Shown here one piece after another: positions 13,019-24,676 of a stretch of DNA of 64,000 nt. The position numbers were made by a program, and so were the translations under genes. The stretch's first letter is position 1, and the number at the start of each line of letters is the position of its first letter. The notes beneath the pieces were generated by a model that worked only from the letters and a program-made list of their open reading frames with translations, was not told the DNA's origin and searched no databases. The DNA is from Pristiophorus japonicus (taxonomy: Eukaryota): assembly GCF_044704955.1 (NCBI RefSeq), contig NC_091980.1:287060001-287124000 (forward strand), in the 5' to 3' direction.

Positions 13019-13099
13019 TATGAACAATAGATATTCAGATGGTATCCTGCAGGTGGTAGATACAATAAATCAGGTGTACGTTGCAACATATATAGACTG

Positions 13100-13371
13100 T
13101 TGCTTCCTTGTAGCAGAGAAGGCTAAGAGGAGATTTAAGAGACGTGTTTAAAATCATGAAGGGTTTAGATAGAATAAACAAAAAGAAACTGATCCAATGG
13201 CTGAAGGGTCTATAACAAAGGGCACCGATTTAATGCGATTGGAAAATAGAATCGGAGGGAACATGAGCAAAAACAATTTTACGCAACGAGTGGTTAGGAT
13301 TTCGAATGCACTGCCTGATGGGGTGGTGGATACAGATTTAATAGTAGCCTTTAAAAGGGAATTGGATAAAT
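13100..13371 (+). mobile_element. CR1 3' fragment (resumes 15241-15382)
   Basis: QRRLRGDLRDVFKIMKGLDRI...; the TTCTATGA repeat tail lies at ~15370. Confidence 0.75.
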
Positions 13372-13703
13372 AGAACATAAGAAATAGGAGCAGGAGTAGG
13401 CCACCTGGCCCCTTGAGTCTGTTCTGCCATTTAATAAGGTTATGGCTGATCTGATCATGGACTCAACTCCACTTCCCTGCCTGTTCACCATAATCCTTTA
13501 TTCTCTTATCGCTCAAAAACCTGTATATCTCTGCCTTAAATATATTAAATGACCCACCCTCCACAGCTCTCTGGGGCAGAGAATTCCATAGAATGACAAC
13601 CCTCTGAGAGAAGAAATTCCTCCTCATCTCAGTTTTAAATGGGCGACCCCTTATTCAAAGACTATGTCCCCTTGTTCTAGATTCCCCTATGAGTGGAAAT
13701 ACA

Positions 13704-14756
13704 GGGCCCAAGTTTCCACACGATAAAAAATGGGCGCCCCTCCGAGCTGGGCGCCCGTTTTTCGCGCCTAAAACGGCGCCTAAAAAAATCCGCGCTATTC
13801 TCGAGCGCCCTGCAGCTCCTTGTCTGTTTGGCGCGGCGCCCAGGGGGGCGGAGCCTACACTCGCGCCGATTTTGTAAGTGGGAGGGGGCGGGTACCATTT
13901 AAATTAGTTTTTTTCCTGTCGGCAACGCTGCGCGTGCGCGTTGGAGCGTTCGCGCATGCTCAGTGTGAAAAAAACATTGGCACTCGGCCATTTTTGTAGT
14001 TCTTTGCAGCTGTTTAATTTTTGAACATTTTTTAATAAAAGCACATTGTCCTTCCATGATCAGCACTGAGGCTTCTTGCAACAGTGAGAAGGTGCAGGAA
14101 GCCTCAGAAAGTTGAGGCAGCCGTTTCCCTCCCCACCCACGCCCGCCGTCGGGAACGAACGGAACGGCTCCCCCCCCCACTCCTCCCCCGCGGGAACGAA
14201 CGGAACGGCTCCCCCCCCCACTCCTCCCCCGCGGGAACGAACGGAACCGCTCCCCCCCCCACTCCTCCCCCGCGGGAACGAACGATGGCTGAAGCACTTT
14301 CACACAGGTAGGAAGATGGTTTATTTAATCTTTTCTTTGCTTATAAATGTTTATTTAGATTGGATTTATTTGTATAATATTTGTAGAAGTATAAATAAGG
14401 ATTTATTGTAGAATTTAATGACTTCCCCTTCCCCCCCACCTCGTTCTGGACGCCTAATTTGTAACCTGCGCCTGATTTTTTAATGTGTAGAACAGGTTTT
14501 TTCAGTTCTACAAAAATCTTCACTTGCTCCATTTTAAGTTAGTTTGGAGTACGTTTTCACTGTGGAAACTTTCAAATCAGGCGTCAGTGGCCGGACACGC
14601 CCCCTTTTGAAGAAAAAATTCTGTTCCAAAGTGGAACTGTTCTACCTGCCTAGAACTGCAGAAAAAAAAATGTGGATAATTGCGATTTCTAAGATAGTCT
14701 GTTCTCCACCAGTTGCTCCTAAAAATCAGGCGCAAATCATGTGGAAACTTGGGCCC
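13704..14756. mobile_element. Harbinger-family MITE (~1.05 kb)
   Basis: 17-bp TIR GGGCCCAAGTTTCCACA / TGTGGAAACTTGGGCCC; 3-bp TSD ACA/ATA; ends resemble those of the 24328-31424 element. Confidence 0.9.
14148..14285 (+). repeat. ~41-bp minisatellite, ~3.3 copies
   Basis: Unit GCGGGAACGAACGGAACGGCTCCCCCCCCCACTCCTCCCCC. Confidence 0.9.
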
Positions 14757-15694
14757 ATACTCTCTGCATCTACCTTGCCGAGACCCCTCATTATCTTATA
14801 TGTTTCGATAAGATCATCTCTCATTCTTCTGAACTCCAGTGAGTATAGGCCCAACCTACTCAACCTATCTTCATAAGTCAACCCCCTCATCTCCGGAATC
14901 AACCTAGTGAACCTTCTCTGAACAGCCTCCAATGGTGGTATATCCTTGCTTAATTACGGAGACCAAAACTTTATGCAGTACTCTAGGTGTGGACTCACTA
15001 ATACTCTGTACAGTTGTAGCAGGACTCCTCTGCTTTTATATTCTATCCCCCTTGAAATAAAGGCCAACATTCCATTCGCCTTCCTGATCACTTGCTTTAC
15101 CTGCATACTAACCTTTTGTGTTTTATGCACAAGGACCCCCAGGTCTCTCTGTACTGCAGCACTTGGCAATTTTTCTCCATTTAAATTATAATTAGCTTTT
15201 TTATTTTTTCTACCAAAGTGGATAACATCACATTTTCCCACTTGAAGGACAAAGAACTTGCAGGGATTATGGGGAGAAAGCGGGAGAGTGGGACTAACTG
15301 GATTGCTCCTCAAAAATGCCAGTGTAGACTCGATGGGCTGAATTGCCACCTTTCATGGTGTACTATTCTATGATTCTATGATAGCAGGCAAAGTTAGAGT
15401 TAGGGATAGGGTTAAACGGTATTCTTCTTAATAGAGAAAGGTTGGAAATGATATACCCGAGCATTAGACCGACAGTCATACACACACAGGAATACACACA
15501 CACCGGATGTAAGGAGCAATATACCAAAATTTACTGAGGAATGAAAAGTTGGAGGCTTGATAAATGGGAAGAAGAAATGTAACTGCTTGCAGGAGACCAT
15601 ACAATGGTTTATATAATGGGCAGACAGGTGGAATAGGCAATTTGATGTGAAGAAGTGTGAGAGGATACATTTTGTGGGAAAAATGAGGATATTG

Positions 15695-18600
15695 ACAGCG
15701 CAGAAGTAGGCCATTCAGCCCATTGTATCTGTGCCAGCATTCTGCTAGACCAGTCCCATGCTTAACCCACTGTCCTGCTTTCTCACAATTGGTCTATATC
15801 TTCCTCTGCTTTCATCCACTCTTTCCTTAAAAGATGCAATGGTCTCTGGCTCAACTGTTTTCTGTGGCAAAGCATTCTACGTTTGCAACAAATCTTTGCA
15901 TAAAGAAGTTCTCCCACCGTCTCTCCTGAATCTCTAATTGACATTTTAAAATTGATTACCCCTCATCAGTGAATCCCCATCAGAAGAAATAGTATTTCCC
16001 CATTCACCCTATGAAATTATCCCTGTACCTCGTCTATCTTTATTAACTATAATTTCTCATCCCTGCAACATCCAGGTGAATCTACACTGCATGTTTTCTA
16101 TGGCTCCAGGGTGATCAAGGCTGGGAACTCAACATCCAGGGGTATTCAACATTTAGGAAAGATAGACAGAAAGGAAAAGGAGGTGGGGTGGCCTTGCTGG
16201 GTAAAGAGGAAAGTAATGCATTAGTAAGGAAAGACATTGGCTTGGATGATGTGGAATCGGTATGGGTGGAGCTGCGGAATACCAAAAGGCAGAAAACGCT
16301 GGTGGGAGTTGTGTACAGACCACCAAACAGTAGTAGTGAGGTTGGGGACAGCATCAAAGAAAAAATAAGGGATGTGTACAATAAAGGTACAGCAGTTATC
16401 ATGGGCGACTTTAATTTACATATAGATTCGGCTAACCAAACTAGTAGCAATGCAGTGGAGGAGGATTTCCTGGACTGTGTTTGGGATGGTTTTCTTGACC
16501 AATATGTCGAGGAACCAACAGGGAACTGGCCATCCTAGACTGAGTGATGTGTAATCAGAAAGGATTAATTAGCAATCTTGTTGTGTGAGGCCCCTTGGGG
16601 AAGAGTGACCATAATATGGTAGAATTCTTTATTAAGATGGAGAGTGACACAGTTAATTCAGAAAAGGTCCTGAACTTAAGGAAAGCTAACTTCGATGGCA
16701 TGAGGCGTGAATTGGCTAAAATAGACTGGCAAAGGATACTTAAAGGGTTGACGGTGGATAGGCAATGGCAAACATTTATAGATCACATGGATGAACTTCA
16801 ACAAGTGTACATCCCTGTCTGGAGTAAAAACAAAACAGGGAAGGTGGCTCAACCATGGCTAATAAGGGAAATTAAGGATAGTGTTAGATCCAAGGAAGAG
16901 GCATATAAATTGGCCAGAAAAAGCAGCAAACCTGAGGACTGGGAGAAATTTAGAATTCAGCAGAGGAGGACAAAAGGTTTAATTAGGAGGGGGAAAATAG
17001 AGTATGAGAGGAAGCTTGCCGGGAACATAAAAACCGATTGCAAAAGCTTCTATATATATGTGAAGAGAAAAAGATTAGTGAAGACAAACGTAGGTCCCTT
17101 GCTGTCGGACTCAGGTGAAATTATAACCGGAAACAAAGAAATGGCAGACTAATTGAACAAATACTTTGGTTCTGTCTTCACGAAGGAAGACATAAATAAC
17201 CTTCCGGAAGTACTAGGGGACCGAGGGTCTAGTGAGAAGGAGGAACTGAAGAATATCCTTATTAGGCAGGAAATTGTGTTGGGGAAATTGATGGGATTGA
17301 AGGCTGATAAATCCCTGGGGTCTACTTGTCTGCATCCCAGAGTACTTAGGGAAGTGGCCCTAGAAATAGTGGATGCATTGGTGATCATTTTCCAACAGTC
17401 TATCGACTCGGAGCAGTTCCTATGGACTGAAGGGTAGCTAATATAACACCACTTTTTAAAAAAGGAGGGAGAGAGAAAACGGGTAATTATAGACCGATTA
17501 GCCTGACATCAGTAGTGGGGAAAATGATGGAATCAATTATTAAGGATGAAATAGCAGCGCATTTGCAGAGCAGTGACAGGATTGGTCCAAATCAGCATGG
17601 ATTTATGAAAGGTAAATCATGCTTGACAAATCTTCTAGAATTTTTTGGGGATGTAACTAGTAGAGTGGACAAGGGGGAACCAGTGGATGTGGTGTATTTG
17701 GACTTACAAAAGGCCTTTGACAAGGTCCCACATAAGAGATTGGTGTGCAAAATCAAAGCACATGGTACTGGGGTAATGTACTGGCATGGATAGAGAATTG
17801 GTTGACAGACAGGAAGCAGAGAGTCGGGATAAACGGGTCCTTTTCAGCATGGGAGGCAATGACTAATGGAGTGCCGTAGGGATCAGTGCTGGGACCCCAG
17901 CTCTTTACAATATATATTAATGAGTTAGATGATGAAATTGAGTGTAATATCTCCAAGTTTGCAGATGACACTCAATTGGGTGGTGGTGTGAGCTGTGAAG
18001 AGGATGCTAACAGGCTGCAGGGTGATTTGGACAGGTTAGGTGAGTGGGCAAATGCATGGCAGATGCAGTATAATGTGGATAAATGTGAGGTTATCCACTT
18101 TGGTGGCAAAAACATGAAGGCAGAATATTATCTGAATGGCAGCAGATTAGGAAAAGGGGAGGTGCAACGAGGCCTGGGTGTCATGGTACATCAGTCATTG
18201 AAAGTTGGCATGCAGGTACAGCAGGCGGTGAAGGCGGCAAATGGCATGTTGGCCTTCATAGCTAGGGGATTTGAGTATAGGGGCAGGGAGGTCTTACTGT
18301 AATTGTACAGGGACTTGGTGAGGCCTCACCTGGAATATTGTGTTCAGTTTTGATCTCCTAATCTGAGGAAAGACGTTCTTGCTATAGAGGGAGTGCAGCG
18401 AAGGTTCACCAGACTGATTCCAGGGATGGCTGGACTGACAGATGAGGAGAGACTTGATCAACTGGGCCTTTATACACTGGAGTTTAGAAGGATGAGAGGG
18501 GATCTCATAGAAATGTATAAGATTCTGACGGGACGGGACAGGTTAGATGTGGGAAGAATGTTGCCGATGTTGGGGAAGTCCAGAACCAGGGGTCACAGTC

Positions 18601-19410
18601 TTAGGATAAGGGGTAGGCCATTTAGGACTGAGATGAGGAGAAACTTCTTCACGCAGAGAGTTGTTAACCTGTGGAATTCCCTGCCACAGAGAGTTGTTGA
18701 TGCCAGTTCATTGGATATATTCAAGAGGGTGTTAGATATGGCCCTTACGGCTAAAGGGCTCAAGGGGTATGGAGAGAAAGCAGGAAAGGGGTACTGAGGT
18801 GAATGATCAGCCATGATCTTATTGAATGGTGGTGCAGGCTCGAAGGGCCGAATGGCCTACACCTGCACCTATTTTCTATGTTTCTAGTTTCTATGACTCT
18901 ATTAGTGTTTTCGTCATGGAGCATCCAAAACTGCACACAGTACTCTAACTGGGGCATAAACATTGGCTTGTACAAATTTATCATAATCTCTTTGCTCTTG
19001 TACTCATTATTGCCTCTATTTCTAAAACTCCAAATGCTAAAAGCCTTTTTGTGGCTTTATTGATTCATGTTCATAGTTTCAAGGAATTATGTAATTACAC
19101 CCCTAGATCTTTCTGCTCATCAGCAGTTCTCTGGTAAGCACTGGCTGCATGCAAGGCCTCACTATTGGCACATGGGCATTGCAGAATTTACTCTCATATC
19201 TCCTCTCCTTTTTCTTCCTTCCAAAATGTATCACCTCACTTTTCGCCTCACTAAATTTCATCTGGCATTCACCTGCCGAATCTACTAATCTGTCTGTGTC
19301 CTCCTGAGGTCACTCACAGCCTTGGTCAGGCTCCCTATTTTTGATATTGTGCCTCTTGACCCAAATCCAGATCATTTTTAGATATTGAGAAGATACTCGC
19401 CCCTGGATGA
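15695..19410 (-). mobile_element. Old CR1 fragment (15695-16107 and 18889-19410) hosting a younger CR1
   Basis: MPQLEYCVQFW on the minus strand; approximate duplication TTCTATGGCTC / TTCTATGACTC around the insert. Confidence 0.6.
16108..18888 (+). mobile_element. CR1 LINE ORF2 (APE endonuclease + RT), 5'-truncated and decayed
   Basis: GVVYRPPN, IMGDFN and GKSDHN (APE); QHGF, DKVPH and FADDT (RT); many frameshifts and stops; TTCTATGT tail. Confidence 0.95.
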
Positions 19411-19419
19411 TGTCACTGT

Positions 19420-19550
19420 ATAGGAACATATAGGAGAAGGCCATTCAGCTCTTGAGCCTGTTCTGCCACTCAATTAGATTATGGCTAATCTGTATCTTAA
19501 CTTCATCTATCCACCTTGGTTCCATAACTCTTAATACCCTTGCCTAAAAA
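19420..19550 (-). mobile_element. CR1 3' tip
   Basis: AGGAGAAGGCCATTCAGC..GAGCCTGTTCTGCC is the antisense 3' UTR. Confidence 0.65.
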
Positions 19551-22500
19551 TACTGGGTGAAGGAATATTGACGAAAAGTTGACTTTAAAGAGTGGAGAAA
19601 TGAGGGAAAGGGTGCCTCAAGGTGGGAAAACATCCAACACCTGGTGGAACATCTTTCGGTGAATTTTTTCAACTACTGTACTTGAAAGTTGTTGCATGAC
19701 CTGAGAAAGCCGATGGAATTGGGGAGGGAAGCAATGGACGGGATTATTACTGTCATGGAAAAAGGCGTCAATGAAGGTGGTTTTGTCTCTTTGCTCTTTC
19801 ATCTGTGTTTCTATTTAGAGCAACTGCACAGACAGCTGCATCTCTCTGAAGTATCTTCTTTTTCCTGAGTGCACAGAAGAGACTACTTTATCTAAAGTCA
19901 GTGACCAGATTGGGTTTGTTGGTTAAATAGTTCCAGGCTTCACTGACCAGAAAAGGAAAAATGAATGGGTGCTATCAGCCTTTGGAATCCAGCACATTGT
20001 ATAATAAACCCCAATTGCTACTTAAGAAGGACAGTGAGGGACTGTTGGCCTAGTTTGAGGTCAACGACCATGCAGATTGGGCAGATAAGAGAAATATATG
20101 TGAGAACAGATGTCTATAACATTCACTGAAATGTCTAGTCTGGCACAAAAATCCCCTAAAAAGCTGTTATGCAAAAAAAAACGTTCAGTGTGGTTAACAA
20201 ATTCTGCTTTCTCTTGAGCTTTCTGTGCTCATCAATGTGAAGGAGAAACAGAGCCGGAGAATGGATCAGAGGAGCAACTTATCTCAGTGAAAGGATCCTG
20301 CAGAGGTCAGGCACATCATAGAGCCCAGGTTTCAATCCTCCCTTTACCATACTCCAGCACCTCCGTGCATCTCTGCCTCCCCCAACTTCAGAAAACACCT
20401 GAGAGTGCAACTCTTGAACAGTGCCATTGAAGTTGCACATAATGGTGATCCTTACACCCTTCTCAGCACAATTACTGAATCGGTGCTCAGAATAGAACCT
20501 GCAGTGCTCCGGATTAGGCACATTCTGGTCAAATTCTTGAAGGCCCGGATTTGACCAAATACCGATTCCTTTTGTTCCAGAGGTGCCAATCGCTTTAAAA
20601 GAAATTAGCCGCACGTCTGTGCAGGGGGGCGTGCTTTTAATGTCACGGCTTTCAATTCTTGGCATCCCAGTAGCTAGCAGGAGTAGCTAGCAGGAAGGCA
20701 AACGGAACCACTGGGATCATAGCAACAAGCTGGTTTAAAAGAAACGATTCCACCAGACATTTTTTTGAAATCATGTTGCAGTCGGGTGTCTAATCTTTGA
20801 TGCTCTAGCGGGGGATAAGCATCTGAGTTATGGCAGTTTGGCTGTCAGTCTGTTTCTGTGCAGCTTCTACCATGGCATTTCTTGGGAAACAATAATGATC
20901 TAACGAGGCAAGGGGTGGACAAGTGCAAAGGGTTTTTCGACATTCTAAATCATATCGATGATATGGCTCCTCCTCCTTTCCCAAACTTGTAAAGAGAAGA
21001 ACATGATTTCACTTTGAAGGAGCTGGGACTCCAATGGGCTTCAATTAGATGTTGTGGTGGGGGACATATTATAGATGTCAGGATGAGTCATGTGCAAGCA
21101 ATGATCTTTCTGAATCATAGCGATATGTTTTCAATACACAATGCCTTCTGTGTTTACAGAGCATCATGCCAAACCTTTGCTTACCAGCTTCAACAGTGAC
21201 CTTTTAATGTGTTGGCTGTCTGAAATTGGCACCGTTTGAATACTGCAATTCATCCATTTGCAAGCTGCCAAAGAAAAATGTTTGTTACATTTTTTTGTTT
21301 GTTTAAAATATACAAGAGGAGCACCTGTCTACCCAGGCAAGGGGTGCTAATTTGCATGCACATGTTCCTGGCTACTTGCAGCCTCATTCCATAGTTGTGG
21401 AATGGCTGGTATTGTGACAGGTGGTGACCGGTGCGATTGGCCTCCTGTCTGTAGCTCCAGCTGACCCAGAAACAACGGAAGGTGGCGGGAGGGGATGGGG
21501 GAGTGGTGCTGGCCAGATCCTCTGATCAAATCGCTAATAATTCAAACGTATTTTTTGAGGAATGAACGAATCCTGATTTACATTTCCATTAAATAGAAAT
21601 AAAACATTCAGCTCATTTAAGACTCATCAAAAAGACAAAATAATAAATGTGATTAGGCTCCCAATGGTTGTAATACTTTAAACTCTATAGTCTTCACTAA
21701 CAGCTCCAGGCCAGCAGACTGATATTGTGTGAAGGTCCTTCTATTAAAACCACAATGAGTCATTTGCAAATGACAGCACTTTTAAAACTGTTATTCCTCC
21801 ACTCTAATGTATGACAAACTGGCTTAGTGCCATTGAGGCCAGTTGGTAAATTGATGAACTTATAGCAGGCCATGCCTCTATGCGGAAATACTGATGTTGT
21901 GATGCTCTTTGTATGTGTGATAAAAGTTGCATGTAACTATGCCACAACATAACATGTGTGATTAGAATAATTAAAGAACACTTGTCCTTCAGATGGATTC
22001 TTTTACTAAAAGAGCCTAGAATAGCCTACTCCAAATCTTCTGCTGTCACCATATTGAGGTAGATGGCAGTAGACAGCTTTCTACAGTCAAAACTTTTACG
22101 ATCTCAAGGGTCCTTGCTTTTAAAAGATGGATGCCTGGAGAGCAACAAATATATATATATATATGTATATATGCAAGGCTTCCTCGGTAAGGGCCACAAA
22201 ATGGAATTGATAAACCCTCCGGCTGCTGCCATTTTGAAAGGGGCCTACCCTATGGCGGCCACAGCGCTTGCCTGAAACAGGCAGTTGGCCTCTTACCCAT
22301 GTAAATTGGGGTCCTAATGACGTTGTTAGGATGATAATTGCATTCTAGGTGCTGTCTGACACAATTATAGCTGATAGGGGATCATTTAGAAGGAGTCAAC
22401 TACCCACATTGGCAGTAGCCTAATGCGTGACTTTGCAGCACTGCAGTCCACCTTTCAGCTCCAGGGACATTCACGGGAAAAGCCCCCATGACATCTGCCT

Positions 22501-24676
22501 CCACGGGCTGCCTCTGCTTCTTCCATGGACGCTCAGAAGCTGCCAGATATGCCTATTGGCTATGGTACAGGTAAATTTCTCACGGGGCTTCACTGATCTC
22601 GCTGTTGCCAATAGATCTGCTTTCCTGTGGATCAATGGCCGGTGTGCCGGTTTTAGTGCCATGGCAGGAATGCGCTCAGATGATGGTCCTGTCTCTCAAG
22701 GTACTGGTCCCCTCCAATATGGCAGAAAGGAGGCAGGTGCAGGTTGCCCAGGCAAATAGAGCAAGGTATGTGGCCTGCAGCAAAGTCTATCAGGACTTAG
22801 CTGTTGTGAAACCTGGGCCACCTCAGTGGACACACAGCAACCAGCCAATGAATGACCCATACTCCCCTCCACCTCCCCCCTCCTCCCCATCCCTCATCAT
22901 TACTGTAGCACGTAGGAGGGTCCCTATTTCAATAGAACCGATGACTATGGGCACCAAGCAGGCATCCACACTGCTGTTAAAACCAGAGCAAAGTACTCAT
23001 TTAGTATTTCCACCATTCCTTCATCCTCTATAACCAATTCCCTTCTTCATCTCGAATCAATCTTCTCTTTTCTTTAACTTTTCTTTTTTTTAATGTGTTT
23101 CTAAAACCTTTTACCATTCCCTTCCTGTTACCTGCCACTATTTCTCCCCAGCCTTTCTATTCTCAGTCTTTTTGCTTGCCCTCGATATTCTCGACACATG
23201 CCTTTGGCTTCCCTTTGCATGCACTAAATATGAAAACTTCAGAAGGAGCACAGTAGCAGGGAGATTGAGGGGTTCAGGTCCAGAAATCTTTAAATTGGGA
23301 GGGCAAGTTGATCAAACTGAGAAAATAAAGTATATGGGAATCCTAGGTTCTTTAATTTGGTATGCCGGAGTCAACTTTGACTGGCTCTGCCCAGCGTTGA
23401 AGGGAAGGTAACGGCCTCAAAATGGGAGCGATAGGCTTGCTGCCCCATCAATTAACACTGTCGATGCAGCCGGCTCCATTTTAAAAAGGGGTCTATCGGC
23501 GGGGGTAACAAATTGGTCACAATATTCAAGCCATTGGCTCCATTTAATAAGAGAATCAGGGCCCCATTTAATAAGAGAATCGGGGGCCTATGAGGCAAAT
23601 AAGATCCCAATTGCCACTTTGGGTTGGAACTGGTCCGAGCCAGTGCTGTGCACACTCCGACCAGTTCCACGGGCAATGGAGCTGAAGAGGCCTGACAAAG
23701 GTTAAGGGTCAAATTATTTTTGTGGGCCCGGAGGTGGCTTTCCGACGGGTAAGTAACCCGGGTTTCTGCCGGGTGGATCGGGTTAAAATCCCTTCCTCAC
23801 GCTCCCCAGGGATTTCCTCCAATGCTCCCGCGAAGTTATAGCAGCTGATCAGAAGAACCGCGGAGGAAAATTCCAGTGTATGTTTTTATTTTTCTATGAA
23901 CAGCAAGTAGACATGTGTTTAGTTCTCCTTCTATCACTTCAATCTCTTAGGGGATGAAGCAACACCATGTTCTACAACATAAAATCTGGTGATTAAAAGA
24001 AAAATAAAGTTCCACTGAGAAATTCACCCTCTGTAAAGACTGCACAGGGTTGAAGTCATGCTGTGTGATATTAGTAAGGAGCATGCTAAGTTGTTCATGT
24101 GCCTTTGTACACTACCTTAACAATTGGAACAGCCCATTTCTTTTAACACCTCATTAAGATAACAGACAGAGGAATTTGATACCAGTATATTAACACATTC
24201 ATTACTAATTTGCACAGCGCGATTTCAACCCATATTTTATTAAAAAGAGTGTTGTTTGGGAGGAGGAAAATTGGATTGCAAAGTTTTCAGACTTGCTTCA
24301 TCCAGAAAACATTTTGGTGCTCTTTATGGGCTCAGTTTTCCCCAATGCCGTTTTTTTGCATATTGCCAGAGTTATGCCCATTTTTCTTGGTCCCAACTAC
24401 TCCAAAAAAAAAGTCGCAAGTATTCCCGTTCTATTTTTTGAAATTGGCACCGCGTAGTCTGTTCTGTAGCCTCGAGGGGGGTGGAGCCTAATGTCTGTGC
24501 CGAAAAAGTGATGCCACCCCTTCAGCGCATGCGCGAAAAAAAAGACCGTTTTTGACGTGATTCCTTTCGGCGCGCATGCCCAGTACAGCTCCCGGTCTTC
24601 ATTCAGCCATTTTTAAAGAGCCTGTTGTGTTTGAGAACTTTAATTCTAATTGGAAAAATCGGAGCTGCAATACAAG

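Larger units (their letters stand above)
11695..13050 (+). mobile_element. Ancient CR1 RT fragment split by younger CR1, MITE and SINE
   Basis: Degenerate NYxPxSLTS...LTSLIEFFEE then VADCIEKG, traceable across the inserts. Confidence 0.5.
13372..15240 (-). mobile_element. CR1 LINE 3' part, split by a MITE
   Basis: KCDVIHFGRKN..QRDLGV..PHLEYC..QRRFTRLIP; continuous across the MITE. Confidence 0.9.

Noticed and set aside
14148-14285. CRISPR-like repeat array
   Set aside because: Head-to-tail units with no unique spacers; a minisatellite inside a eukaryotic MITE.
22200-23880. Additional degenerate MITE-like segments (also ~51060-51540, ~52415-52640, ~53280-53525, ~58290-59230)
   Set aside because: Composition is suggestive, but I could not define paired TIRs or TSDs by eye.
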